Assembly: GCA_000934665.2 (NCBI GenBank)
Contig: KZ538063.1
Span: forward strand, 1-64,000
DNA: 64,000 nt
Direction of reading: 5' to 3'
Origin: Catajapyx aquilonaris
Lineage: Eukaryota
Shown: in pieces, positions 24,172 through 37,400 of the stretch
Position numbering within the stretch: position 1 is the first letter of the stretch
Layout of the letters: the number at the start of each line of letters is the position of its first letter
Notes under the pieces: generated by a model
The model's input: only the letters and a program-made list of their open reading frames with translations
The model's database searches: none
What the model was told of the DNA's origin: nothing
Translations under genes and position numbers: made by a program

Positions 24172-25305
24172 TTATCCGCACCGGGTTTTTAGAGAGCAAT
24201 GTGCTCGATTGCAATTACGGCGGTGTGAGTTCAAAATTTTTGTAAGGGTTCGCCTCTTCAGCCGATTGGCAGATGTCCTTTTCCGACCCACGCCATGCAC
24301 CTTTAGTTCATGCCCTTCCAGACTCTTTCTATGCGCATAAACTTTGCTGCACATGTCGCACTGGTATGAGCCCCTCTTGGCTGAGAGAAACTCCGGACCC
24401 TCATTCCTCTGTGCTGTTTGACCCAATCCCTTTGTTTGTGACCTCTGAATATTTCCTGCAGAGCGGCTGCGAGTAGTTGGCCTCCAGCAACTACGTCCTG
24501 CTTCACTGGACACTCTGGCTACGTAGATGTGATAGTCAGGCGACATATGGTCATCCATAATGCCGCAGCTGTCCTCCGAAGCCAAGCAACTGTCTTCACT
24601 GTCCATGCCCTATGAAGTCAAGAGAGTTACTTGGCTTATTATGAACCCTATATTATGTGTGTGTATGTGTAATCAGATTGTACACTAGCTAAAATCTGTT
24701 TTTACCTCCACAGAAGCAGCTGAGATCGTCCGGCTATCAACTGTGACGTCACCGTCAAAATCCTCTTGGGCAGCTTCGATCCATCTGCTGCCTCCATCCA
24801 CGACATCCCCTTGGAGATCCCTCGTCGCATTAACTAGAGGAGGACGGTCTGATTTTGCACCTCTGGTAACCCCATCCCCGCTGCGGTTGTGTCCAAAGAC
24901 CCAAACGCCGCCTTCCATGGTGACTTCATCGTCATCCCCATTTCCATAAGGCGTCTGGTGAAGCGTATCCGGAAACTGCACAGTTCTTAGCAGCTCTTTT
25001 AATGTGTTTTCCGAACGCTGATTGCAGGTGACCTCTCCGACCTCAAACAACTCGATCAGCTTCACGATCGCATCCTTAGGGAATTGGCTCATGCGGATGG
25101 TGACTGTCCCATCATGATCTAAGCACCTGTCGTCTCCCAGAAGGCTCTTTATGAACGGGGAGCAACGGATCAGAACCAGTCTGCTAGTCGTGACTACGCC
25201 GTCAGAGCAAACTATCTTGGCGTCCTGAATGATGGGGATGCGACGGTTCTCTTTCACCCAGTTCACGAATTGCCTGTTGTCTCGTAGGAAAACGCAGGTC
25301 GTCAT
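24172..25305 (-). CDS. BTB/POZ-zinc-finger protein, paralogue 2 (one C2H2 finger). Exons 25305-24706, 24609-24172
   Basis: DAKIVCSDGVVTTSRLVLIRCSPFIKSLL...; finger YQCDMCSKVYAHRKSLEGHELKVH. Confidence 0.8.
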
Positions 25306-25857
25306 CTTCTGGCTCTGAAAGACGCCAATTATTTCCATAACAGGTCACATTGGCATTGCCAACACAGATTGTTGATCTGATAAATACCTTTTATCGCCTT
25401 CGAACGGATGAGATCTAGAGTTTTAATCCGGGAAAAGCTGATCACAGGCTCTTTCCGTTGGGTCCAGTAGCCATTTGATGTGGGCAGTACTAGATCAAAG
25501 GTCACTGGAGGCGGTCAACATAGGTCTGGAACACTAGAACTGATGACCTTAAGCCGTTTGTTTATTTGGGGTTGCCCCGAGTGAGGTCACCTGACTACCT
25601 GGGGTAGTTTATTTACCAAATTCCCAGGCCGCAAATAATATTGGCAAAATGTCACGCCCCATTGGCCGACACTGTTTTGAAAGGAGCAACGACTGCAAGA
25701 GAAACAGTAGCCTCCAGTATAAGCAAATGACATGATGAAAACAAAGTGTTTTATTGGTCACGTACACTGATTTCCAAACAAACAAACATGAAACATCTTG
25801 CCTCGGTTTGGCTCGGTAAGTCTGTAGCCGTCTATAGTTTCTCCTCGGATTCCAGCC

Positions 25858-27401
25858 TTAAGCTGACTGTGTGCTGTCACTATTGTGTGAATCGACGCCG
25901 TCATCTTGGTGAACAACCTCCTTGTGCACACGATAATTTGTCGCAGTGCGATATCGCCGCCCACATCTTTTGCAAACGTATATGCGACTCTCATGCGTCA
26001 CCATATGGTTTCGCAACAGGAGGGCATGCGTGAATGCCCTATCGCATTTGGTGCACGTGTAGCGCCTCACGTCACTGTGCATCATATTTTTGTGAATCCT
26101 TAGGCTATGCAATTTCGAGCAGGTCTTTTTGCACATGTCACACGGGTATCTGTTTTCAGACTGTCTCCCGGCCCCTTGTCCTAAGAGCCCTTCCTGACCT
26201 GCATTCCCATCGGAACCTTGCATGTCAGACTGAGCCACTTGACTACTTGACTCCATTGCTAATTGTTGCCCATTGCCAGCAGCTGTTCCTGGTGTTGCAG
26301 TGCTGGGAGTCACTGGTCTCCAACCACTAACTTCGCTCAATATGCTGCCTGCGTAGTACCCGGACGGAATGCAGATTATAGGAGGGTGCGGGCGAGGGGT
26401 CTGTTCCACTTTGTCGCTGACCTCCGAAGCCGTGTTACCATCATACATGCCTGGGTCCTACAAGGTGAGGATAAATTACTGACACTTTCGGCAGTCCCAG
26501 ATCAAGTAGGAAATATTGGTTTGGACCAAGTGTATAAATTTTATCAATATTGATTGTCTCGGATAGATCATATAATCACAAGCTACCTCCGCAGAAGCAG
26601 CTGGGCTGTCATCACCACCATCAGCAGCGTCAACATCCGCTGGACAGGCTTCATCCCTTCGACTGCCACCATCCATCGCTTCCTCGTCATTCACTGGCTG
26701 CCTGGAGCATGTTAGTTGACCCTTCGAAAGTGAGCACACATATTATTATCGCATATCATGCGCTTGTATGGTGCCCGATGCACACTGACCATAGCTGTGC
26801 AGGAAGAAGTGCAACTGTTGTCACCAGTCAGATCGCCCAACGACTGAGAAACTGGGATGGGACCTTCCCCATCTGTATCCTGCGCCTCATCGGAAACACT
26901 AATTGAGGAAGGTTCACTTTCTGCCGGTTGCGGCTGGGTTTGGGAACCATCATCTTCGGCATCCCTCCTCACGTTAACCGGACCAACCGTGTGATTGTTT
27001 TGAATGCACCAAACTTCCTCTGTCACCATTACTTCCTCATCAACCACATCTTCATTGCATGTCATGTGAAGGAGACCAGGAAACTGCACGTTCCTCAGCA
27101 GCTCCAGGAAGGAAGCTGCCAAACGCTTATCGCATGTGACCTCACCGCACTCGCACAACTCGATCAACTTCTCCACCACATCCTTCTGGAATTCTATCAT
27201 GTACAGCGCGAATTTACCGTCACGATCAACTTTGTCTTCATCTCTCAGAAGGTCCTTTAGGAAAGGCGAGCAATGGACCAGGAGAAGTTTGCAACCCTCA
27301 ACGACTCCGTCGGAACAGAATATTTTGGTGTCCTTACATCTGCTTCCCACCATCCATCCCATGAACTGCGTGTTGCTACGTACAAAAACGCACGATGTCA
27401 T
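25858..27401 (-). CDS. BTB/POZ-zinc-finger protein, paralogue 3 (three C2H2 fingers). Exons 27401-26790, 26721-26587, 26457-25858
   Basis: DTKIFCSDGVVEGCKLLLVHCSPFLKDLL...; fingers YPCDMCKKTCSKLHSLRIHKNMMH, YTCTKCDRAFTHALLLRNHMVTH and YVCKRCGRRYRTATNYRVHKEVVH; phase-0 introns. Confidence 0.85.
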
Positions 27402-27584
27402 CTTGTGCGCCTGAAAGACAACCAATAATTACCCATGAAGCGCAACATATGACTCTACTTGCAAAATTTTCGTACTCTACAACTCAGTCAGTGCAAATAC
27501 GTATAGTTAGCATTATGTTTATTCACACAACCTCCACTTTTCAAACAAATACTAATCAACATCCGTGGAATTTTTATTTCACCC

Positions 27585-28330
27585 GAATAATTACAATTAC
27601 CTGTTATATTACTTATTGTTGAATAGAATTGTTGAATAATTACAATTACTTGTTATATTACTTATTGTTGAATATAATTGTTGAATAATTACAATTACTT
27701 GTATTACTTATTGTTGAATATAATTGTTGAATAATTACAATTACTTGTATTACTTATTGTTGAATAATTGTTGAATAATAATTGTACATTACTTGTATTA
27801 CTTATAAGTAATACAAGTAATGTACAATTATTCAACAATTATATTCAACAATAAGTAATACAAGTAATTGTAATTATTCAACAATTATATTCAACAATAA
27901 GTAATACAAGTAATTGTAATTATTCAACAATTATATTCAACAATAAGTAATACAAGTAATTGTAATTATTCAACAATTATTCAACAATAAGTAATGCAAT
28001 AAGTAATACAAGTAATTGTAATTATTCAACAATTATATTCAACAATAAGTAATATTGTATTGTTGTATTACTTGTATTACTTATTGTTGCATAATTGTAT
28101 TACTTATTGTTGCATAATTGTATTACTTATTGTTGCATAATTGTATTACTTGTATTACTTATTGTTGAAGAATTGTATTACTTGTATTACACTTATTGTT
28201 GAATAATTGTATTAAGTTACTTGTATTACACTTATTGTTGAATAATTGTATTAAGTTACTTGTATTACCTTGGTATTTACTTATTGTTGAATAATTGTTG
28301 AATAATTACAATTACTTATTGTGTTACTTA
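27585..28330. repeat. AT-rich minisatellite (~45-bp unit) with an internal inversion
   Basis: TTGAATAATTACAATTACTTGTATTACTTATTGTTGAATATAATTG units switch to the reverse complement at ~27805 and switch back near 28055. Confidence 0.9.
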
Positions 28331-29121
28331 TTGTCGTGCTAATTTGTTTGGTTTGGTGCCAACTGAATTTTCATACATTTTGTTGACATTGAGTTGATTG
28401 ACACGCTTAGCAACTTATTGTCAACCAAACACCAAAAAAATTGCAATTATTTTTTTTACTGTTCTAATGATGAGAAATTGATATTAATTTTTTGTTTTGT
28501 AAATAATATAATAATTGAATTATGCAGTACCTGTGGTTATATATGTACCTTTCAATTCCGCGCTACTCGCACAATTGATGCTTATTAGCTGTTCACGGCA
28601 AAGCCCGTCTTCAATGTTTGGAACATACCCAGACAAAATTTTGCAATGAACTGACCCCCTAGAAGGACTGGGGTAATACCATGTTTATGTTGGGGTTGCC
28701 TGGGTACTAATGTGGGCAACAATTTTATATTGTATATGTCCACCAGGTGAAAACAGCATGGAAAAAAGTTGATTTCACAGTGATTATGCCATTTTTTTGA
28801 CATGGAACCCATTATTTTGTCACATTTGGCATGCAAAACAAATAAGCTGCGCGAACTAGGGTGCGCACTCGGCTGTTGTTGAAGAAAAAAAACTGCCAAG
28901 TAGTTCCAGAAACTCCCTCCATTCGGCGCCACCTTCCAACTGCATTTTTTCTCTCTCCAGAGACTCCGCTGCCATCTACCGGCGACTTGACAAACTTTTG
29001 GGAAAAAATTGCAAATGGCGTCGCCTTCTCCAGTCAAATTATTTCGTTCGAACGGAGATGAAAATCTGGAGTTATTTTCGCTGGATCTAAAAGCCCTGCC
29101 TGTCCATCTTATCTCGGAATA

Positions 29122-31001
29122 ATGGCCAGCTCATCGACACAACAGCAGCTGGATGAAGTGAGGGATCCAAGAGGATTGTGCACATGGAACATCTCCCATC
29201 CCACCAAGGTTGGAAGAAAAAGGGAATTATTTTTAAAAATTAATAAAGGCATTTAAAATATGCAGGATGTATACAAATAATGTAATTATATTATATTATA
29301 TTTATACAGGGTGATGGTCCACGTGGGTCGTTTTAATTTAAACTGATATCGCCCGATATTATATAGGAATTATGTGAAATCTAGCTACGCATTTGGAACA
29401 CCCTGCATAAATAAATATATATAATTAAATAAAATATGTAATATACATAAACGAAGTTAATTAAAAGCAATAGGTTATGTTCACACTGTCCACGTATTTT
29501 TGTGTACGGCTGATCCTACAATGAACAAGGTCGCTTGGCAACAGCGTAGAACAATGCAAAATAATTAGACACATTTTATCTGCTCATGTCCTAGCCAGGT
29601 CCTAGCAGCACATTGTTCTTTATTTTATGCCCTGAAGAATTGAAGTCTGCTGCGGACCGAGTATAATCAGGTGATATTTGCCGGTCAGTAGTATGCGCTG
29701 ATATTGGAGGTGGAGAATTGTGCGAACTGTATGCTGTGTTGAAATTACTTCAATTTTTAAATCAATTGTTACAGGTTGTTGATCAGATCCCTGTGAAGAA
29801 AATGGCTTTGGCTGTGAAGGAACAACCCAGGACAGCGGAGAATGACAGCTCGAAGGTACACTCATTGCTCTTGATGACAATTAAACCGCTGGTATTAATT
29901 AAGATGTTGCGTTTGCAGACATTTTTCGATCTTCCCTGGGAGATGAAAGTGTGGATGATGTCGTTTGTGCCCAGGACGAGCTTTCCCATGGCCTCGCTTG
30001 TGTGCCAGGAGTGGTTCGATGTCGTCTTGGATCCGGAGTTGTGGCAGAATGTGGAGCTGAACGGTGAGGACATGACGGTCGAGAAGGCAGTCCAGGTCGT
30101 GTCCAGAACCACAATGATGAAGGCCCTGTCTTTGACCGACTGGAGCGAGGGTGTGGAACTGATCCTGGATGAGGTCAGCGAGACTGCTCCGAACTTGGAG
30201 TCACTCCGGCTGAGCTGGGTGACCTTCAATAAACATGGAGTGATCACCCGTCTCCTGCAGAAGTGTCAGAGGCTGCGGGACTTTGACATCCGGTTTTGCA
30301 CCTTCCCGGCTGATAGCATCCATCTGCTTGACACCCTCTCTGAATGTGGGCAGCTTCGGCGTCTGCGGATCGTTGACAACGCTGGTATGGCCCCGCTGAA
30401 CATGTCCCTGCCCCGTGCTTGGGGTCAACTGAGCGAGGTGCACCTAGACTCACAGGGTTGGGAAGCTTCAGACCCAGAGTTTGAGGTGATTGTGTCCAAC
30501 GCTGGTTCTTACATCAACAAATTGTCCATATGCCGGCTGAAGAACCCGGAGTCATACGCCCAGTTTGCGAAGTTAACGAACCTGAGCGAACTCCATGTGT
30601 CGTCGCCGACTCACCTGACCGACGCCTGCCTCATGGATGGGCTGGGCAGCCTGCAGAACCTCCGCCTGCTCTCCATGCCCCGAGCTGACTCCATCACCCC
30701 GGATGGCCTCTTCGTATTCCTGACCTCGGCCATAGTGGTCAGCTCTCTGGAGACCCTCAACCTCTCGTCAACCACCGAGCTGCTGGACACCCACCTGGCC
30801 TCCATCAGCTGGAACTGCCCTCGACTGACCCGCCTCTTCCTGAACAATTGCCTCAAGTTCAGCGCCGACGGTCTAGTGTACATGGTTCAGAATCTGCCCC
30901 AACTGCGTCTGCTGGACATCCGGGGCTGCCAGCAGCTGAGGATGCCCTCAGTGTACGACGAGATCAAGTGCCACAATCCCCTGCTGCAAGTCTGCCGGTA
31001 A
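29122..31001 (+). CDS. F-box/leucine-rich-repeat (FBXL-type) protein. Exons 29122-29208 (tentative), 29775-29855, 29919-31001
   Basis: F-box FFDLPWEMKVWMMSFVPRTSFPMASLVCQEWFDVVLDPELWQNVEL followed by Cys-containing LRRs (CQRLRDFDIRFC, CPRLTRLFLNNCLKFSADGL, LPQLRLLDIRGCQQL). The start could instead be the ATG at 29802. Confidence 0.88.
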
Positions 31002-31429
31002 CGACCCTGCAATTACCGCCATGGAGTTTGTCAATACCGCCCAAAAGTCGCACGACATATTTATAGCCCAGGTTGTACAGTATAGTAACCTCTCGCCAGC
31101 GAGATTGGCCAACGACAAAGAGCCCACATCAGCGGGGGAGATAGGCTACAAAAATTTCCGTCCCTGTTATTCATTGATTCTTTCCCCATGGACATATAAA
31201 CTGTACGGTGACACATTTCGTTGCGTTTTCATGCACAGCGTGCTGCGCTGCATGTTGCGGTTGATTCTAATTACAACAGGAGTGAAGAACATGTAAACAT
31301 TTTAACCCACCAGACACGGTTCCATCCCAAGGAATAATAAAAATAAAAATAAAAACATTTTAGCATTGCGCTCTCATTAATTTAATTGCAAGTGCAGCAT
31401 TGCTCTGGTTTTTGTTTGAAAACGCCCGC

Positions 31430-31750
31430 CTGCTGTTGGCGACCATGTCCAGTTGGTAACAGTGTCATGTTGGCATCCTGTTCCGATGTTGGCAACCGTG
31501 TTTCAGTTGGCATCCTGTTCCGATAGCAATCATGCCCTGTTGGCAACCGTGTTTCAAGTTGGCATCCTGTTCCGATAGCAACCATGCCCTGTTGGCAACC
31601 GTGTTTCAGTTGGCATCTTGTTCCGATGGCAGAGCACGGTTGCCAACAGAACGTAGCTCTCTGTCCAGTTGGCAACCTTGTTCAGCTCACGACGATGCCC
31701 ACGTTGGCAACCGTGCTTCAGTTGGCACCAATGCTCTGTTGGCATCCCTG
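31430..31750. repeat. ~51-bp tandem repeat built on GTTGGCAAC/GTTGGCATC, directly upstream of MDH2
   Basis: Units GTTGGCAACCGTGTTTCAGTTGGCATCCTGTTCCGATAGCAACCATGCCCT; about 5 degenerate copies. Confidence 0.85.
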
Positions 31751-31977
31751 TCCAAGATGCCCGATGGGACCCAACATGGCTGCCTGGATCCAATATGGCT
31801 GCTCGTAAGCGCATGCGCACTTTTCATTCCACGTTCGTGTCATCTCGGCTCGTCTTCGGCTTCTTCTTGTTCCCCGAGGTCTCTCTCTTCCTCTTCCTTT
31901 TCCTTTCGGTCTTCTCCTCCGCTTCGTCTCCCTCAGGATCTCTCTCTCTCTCTCGACCAGGAGCAGAATAAGACACC

Positions 31978-33616
31978 ATGCTGAGCAGGGCAGCACTCAG
32001 GGTTCAGGCGGTGGCCGCCTCGAAGAAGAACTTTTCCACATCAGCACAGGTATAAATGAGGGGGGTCCTAAAATATGTTCCTTTTTTTGGCAGCAGAACA
32101 AGGGTTGCGTAAAGGGGACGTCCTTGACCCCCCTCCCTGGCATATTAACCGTTCTGATTGCCACTTAATAAACCGGCCAAGCCCGCAAGCTGATAAAGCC
32201 CTAGTTGCGACATGCACGCTATGGAATTAGATGTTCCGCCGCATTATCATTGCAGAGGAATGTGAATGTGGCGGTGATGGGTGCGGCGGGCGGGATCGGC
32301 CAGCCCCTGTCCCTCCTGATGAAGCTGTCCCCTATGGTGAGCAAGCTGTCCCTCTACGACATTGTCAACACACCTGGAGTTGCGGCGGACCTCTCGCACA
32401 TTGAGACTCGGGCGCAGGTAATACACAACCGCTTTTTAAAAAATAGTGGACAGTGTTACATGTCGTACGCTCTTAGGTCAAGGGCTACGAGGGTCCCAGC
32501 CAGCTTAACGACAGCCTGAAGGGGATGGAGGTGGTGGTCATCCCTGCGGGAGTCCCACGCAAACCGGGGATGACCCGAGACGACCTCTTCGCCACCAATG
32601 CGGGCATCGTCAGGGACTTGGCCAAGGCCTGCGCGGAGGTCTGCCCAAAGGCCATGATCTGCATCATCTCCAATCCAGTGAGTTCGTTAATGAAAAGCTC
32701 GTCTGAAGAACTAAAATGGGTTCGAAATTTGGGAAAGTGAGGAGTCTGTGATTTAAAAAAAAAATGGCCAAGTCCACTAGGAAACATCATATGTTGCTGC
32801 AGTTCAGCTACATTCGGAAATGTGCAAATTTGATCAGCAACGTGTAATTTTGCGTGCGAAGTTATCTCCGATGTAACAATTACAGAATCAACTTATTTAA
32901 TCCTGTTGTTATTCCCCTTCAGGTGAACAGCACCGTGCCGATTGCGACCGAGATATTCAAGAAGGCAGGCGTGTACGACCCCAAGCGCATCTTTGGTGTG
33001 ACGACGCTGGACGTGGTGAGGGCCAACACTTTCATTGCTGAGGCAAAGGGACTCGACCCGAAGGATGTCAAGGTCCCTGTTATTGGAGGCCATGCCGGTA
33101 TCACCATCATGCCACTCATCAGCCAATGCAAGCCACAGGTCAGTATTTGCTTACTTGTGTCGGATGGGACTTCTGACAATCGCTATTTCGCCAGGTTGAA
33201 TTCCCCGCGGACCAGCTGAAGGCGCTGACCGAGAGGATTCAGGACGCAGGCACGGAGGTGGTGAAGGCAAAGGCGGGCAAGGGCTCGGCTACTCTTTCCA
33301 TGGCGTTCGCTGGCGCCAGGTTCGCTCTGTCGCTCATCAAGGCCATGCAGGGAGAGCAGGGTGTCGTCGAATGTGCGTATGTTGCGTCTGACGTCACGGA
33401 GGTCAAATACTTCGCAACACCTCTCATACTCGGGGTGAGTAACACGATCGTCTGATTGTACAGCAGATTTTTAATTGTGCTACTAATTTCCAGCCACAAG
33501 GAATCGAGAAGAACCTGGGCCTGGGCAAACTGAACAGCTTTGAGAAGGATCTCCTGGCGAAGGCCATCCCCGAACTGAAATCGAGCATCGCAAAGGGCGA
33601 GAAGTTCGTCAACTGA
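31978..33616 (+). CDS. MDH2: Malate dehydrogenase, mitochondrial. Exons 31978-32049, 32256-32417, 32477-32677, 32923-33138, 33195-33434, 33494-33616
   Basis: Presequence MLSRAALRV...[110 protein letters not shown]. Confidence 0.98.
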
Positions 33617-33860
33617 AAAGCCACGACAGTCAGCCTCCGTTTCCTGCAATGATGTACCAATTAATGGCATCGCCTCGTCACACATTTTACGCCTAATGAA
33701 CAGCCTGGTTTTAAAAAACCTGTCATGAATATTGTGGGTTTACTCGGAGGAAGAGTGTTTTTAGTGACGAGACGTAGGCTGCGTAGACCAATGGTTACCG
33801 ACCTTTTAAGTGCAACGGATCCACTCTTTACAGTCCGTGAAAAAAAAAGATTGATAACCA

Positions 33861-34190
33861 CTGTTGAATAGTCATGTTGAATCTTGTCCTGTACAAATTG
33901 AGTGTATAAAATTTACTCAAACTGAACCGCATCTTGTACTTGCATCTGAAGCAGTGTTACATGTTAACCCACAGTTTTCCGCAGCAACCACAAGGCAACC
34001 CGAGGATGCTTCAGCTGCTAGTACTTCCAGCTTCATATACAGCGTGTCCGTTTCGTCCCGATAGAAGGCCTTTGCATCTCTAGCAACCATGGTTAGATGC
34101 GCTCTTTCATCGCCACGACTAATGGCCGCTTTGGTAACATCCAATTTTCTACCATTTCATCGCAGAAATGATGGACTGCCGCAGCCGCCC
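33861..34190 (-). pseudogene. Degenerate partial duplicate of the 3' end of the CFAP53-like gene
   Basis: 33861-33922 is identical to 34313-34374 (62 bp). The following sequence resembles 34641-34860 (AFYRDETDTLYMKLEV vs AFYRNETEKLRMKQEM) with most of the last exon deleted. Confidence 0.75.
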
Positions 34191-34470
34191 ATGGATCGTC
34201 AGGTATTAGCCTCCCATTGATGGCAGAAACGATGACGTCAGATCGTTCTCTCCTTTTCCGTACATTATATTTTCATTTTACACAGACAAATAATATGGAA
34301 TTAAATTAGCGGCTGTTGAATAGTCATGTTGAATCTTGTCCTGTACAAATTGAGTGTATAAAATTTACTCAAACAAAAAAAAAAAATGCGAAGTGGTCGA
34401 AAATCCAGATATTGCCTAAAACTTGTACAAAGTGTTTTGCATTGCTGAACACCCTGCAATGTTGCTTCGT

Positions 34471-37400
34471 CTACTTGTTGGGAAACCTGGAGGCTGCGGC
34501 CCTCCTGTTCGACCCCATGCAAATGTCCGGTATTCCCAGGAGTCTCTTGACGCAATCCATCTTCTCCTTCTCGTCCAGCCTGTGCTTTTCCTCCGCCTCC
34601 GCCTCCTTCGCCTTCAACCGCTCCTTGTAATCCTCCTTCTCTTGCATCTGAAAGCAACGTTACACGTTAACAGTTTTCCGCAGCGTGAAAAAGCAATATT
34701 CCTGAGGCTAACCTGCAACTCGAGGGTGCCCCTGTACTTCAGCTGATCCCCCTTCCTCTCCATCTCCTCCATCTCCTGCTTCATCCTCAGCTTTTCCGTT
34801 TCGTTCCGGTAGAACGCCTCCTCCTGCATCTTCTCGCAGCCGTGGATGTCCCTAGCCCTGTTCTTCTCCGCCATCTGGTAGTTCCGCGCCGTCAGTGTTT
34901 CCTGAAAGAGAGATCGCACGGATAGTCGCAGGGTGTCCCATGTTGCAATCGAGTGTGGTACCTGCAGGAGCCTGTTGGAGTATGCCTTCCGAGCGCACAC
35001 GACCTGCCTGGCCCTCTCCCTGGCCCTCTCCGCCTCCTGCTCCACGGCCTCGTCCACCTGTGCGTCCACGTTCGCCTCTGCCTTCCGGTTCCTCTCCAGG
35101 TAGTCCATGTACTGCTGCATCTCCCTGCGGTCCTGCTCCTTGCGAGACTTCACCTGCAAACATTTCGGAGCGTCAGCGCACTCTTTGTTATTTGCTGCCT
35201 CGTTAGCAGACTAACCTTGCTGGCCTCCGCCTGCATCTCGGCCAGAGTCTGCTTCATGAAGGCGGCTTCTGCACCTTTCTCTTCATCCCCGAGCTTCTTC
35301 TTTCGCTGCTGCTCAGCCTCCCGCTGCTGCGTCATCATCTGTGCCGTTTCCTCCTTGGCCCTCTGCCTCCTCTGCCGCTCCTCCTCCTGTTCCCTCTCCA
35401 GCGTAGCCTTGATGTTCGCCAGCTCCTCTTTCTCCCTGGCCAACCTGATGAGATGACTCGTGTTAAGCCAAGGTTTAAGCGATGAATGTAAACTCTGCTT
35501 ACTTCTTGGCCTTCTCCTCGGCCTGCTCCTGCTCCCTCTCCCTTATCTGCTCCTGTATGACATGTCTTGCCTGGTACCTTGTCCTCCGCTTCTCCTCCTC
35601 CTCGGCTGCGGTGTACTCCAGCCTGGTCTTGGCCTCTCCGACCCACAGCTCCCCCCACATCCGCTCCATGGCCTGCTCCTCCTGGCGCTGCTGGCTCTTC
35701 AGGGACACCTGGAACTGCCTGTCCACCGCCACCTTCCGGACCTGCCGCTTGGACAGGTCCTCCCGGATCTCCTGGCTGTCACGCCTGAGGTAATTGCAAC
35801 GTTACACACTATGTCGGATATGAGATGAGCATGTGTGAGACTCACAGTAGCTGCTGGTCCCGCTTTTCCTTGACAAACTTGCGACGGTCGTCGTTTGACT
35901 GGAGCTCCAGCTGCTTTGCCACCCGCATGAGCTCCACCTTGGCCTCCTCCTCTGCTTCCTTCTCCATCGCCACGACCTGGTTGGCCCACTGCTTCTGCTC
36001 TCCTGCCAGCAAGACCCGCAGCCTGAGAAAGTGGACCAGGCGGTCATCAAGAGTGTCTCAATGGTATAAGGACAAGAGTCAGCCGCAGAAACATGCTTCA
36101 AGCGACTGTGCCTTTTCATTTCATTTTTAAATTATTAATCAGCAATTAATGATTTAATTACCAAATAAGTATTAATTATCAATCAATAATTATTTCTCTA
36201 TTAATTATTGTTTATCATTAATTATCAAGCAATTATAATTTTGCTTATTGTATTAATTACTGTTTATTCATTATTGTGTTGCTAATTATTTCTGCTATAA
36301 ATTATAATTATACAGTATCCATTAGGCATTAACAGAGACATTTATAACAAAAAAAATAATCAACACAAATAGCAATAAACACAGATATTAATTTATCAAA
36401 ATATTTACACAAATAACTGAAATAATAAATAGATGTTAATTCATCAAAAATAATCAGCCGTACAGATAACAATAATAAATATTGTAATAATTACATTAAT
36501 TTATCACGCAATTAGTTAACACAAATAACGATAAACAAATAACTAATCATGCGTCTCCTGAAAAGTGACATTTTGACATATTAACAATGCTGGTTTTGCT
36601 AAAAAATAAAAAAAATACTGAAAACTGAAAAGTAATTAATACTAAGCATAATTATTAATGACATCAATAGTATTGACGAAGTATTGATTACTGGTAATGC
36701 ATGTTTAATGAAAGGGTTAAAAATGTAACTATAGTTTAAATTTATTAAATTTCGTTGGATCACCCTGTGCTACAACTTGTAGCACAGGGTGATCCAACAA
36801 AATTTAATAAAGTTAAACTAGTAATTATTGTACTACGGTGGAGGCATATTAATTATGATTTATATGTTATTAATTACCTACGTGGTACACTTGTTAAGCA
36901 CTAATAAAGTATTAATATCAATAAATGAAACAAATAAGCATATTGATATTAATGGCGTTAACATTACTTATCAATTACTGACGGTTGGAAATGGTTTAAA
37001 ATAATTACTAATGTAAATTTTATTAGGCCTACATTCTCCCCGTGCTACAACTGTACATCTAGGTGGAAGCACGGTGAGTGCTTGACGAACCGCATTATAC
37101 GGAAGCTGAGCTGTGTTGTTGTTGCGGACAGTTACAAAGAGGCAGTGTGTACATGTCAAGCAATACACGTAATTCCGGTGAGGAAGCGTACGGTATTCCC
37201 CCCCAACCGTTTCGCTCATCATCAAGCATTGCGCCTCATGAATCATGCTCAGATTTTTTTTTTTCCTTCCATTAGCAAATTTTATTTCCCCCGCACCAGT
37301 TGTTGCATGCAACGCACTTGAAATATGCAAAATAATAAAAGAGAGGTGACACCTGCTAAAAAAAAAAAGTGAAAGCACATTTTTTTTTTTTGCACACTGC

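Noticed and set aside
31382..31996. Several 70-150 aa ORFs upstream of MDH2
   Set aside because: They derive from the 51-bp tandem repeat and the pyrimidine-rich 5' UTR; no domain signal.
34895..36130. Plus-strand ORFs antisense to CFAP53
   Set aside because: Shadow ORFs of a GC-rich coiled-coil coding strand.
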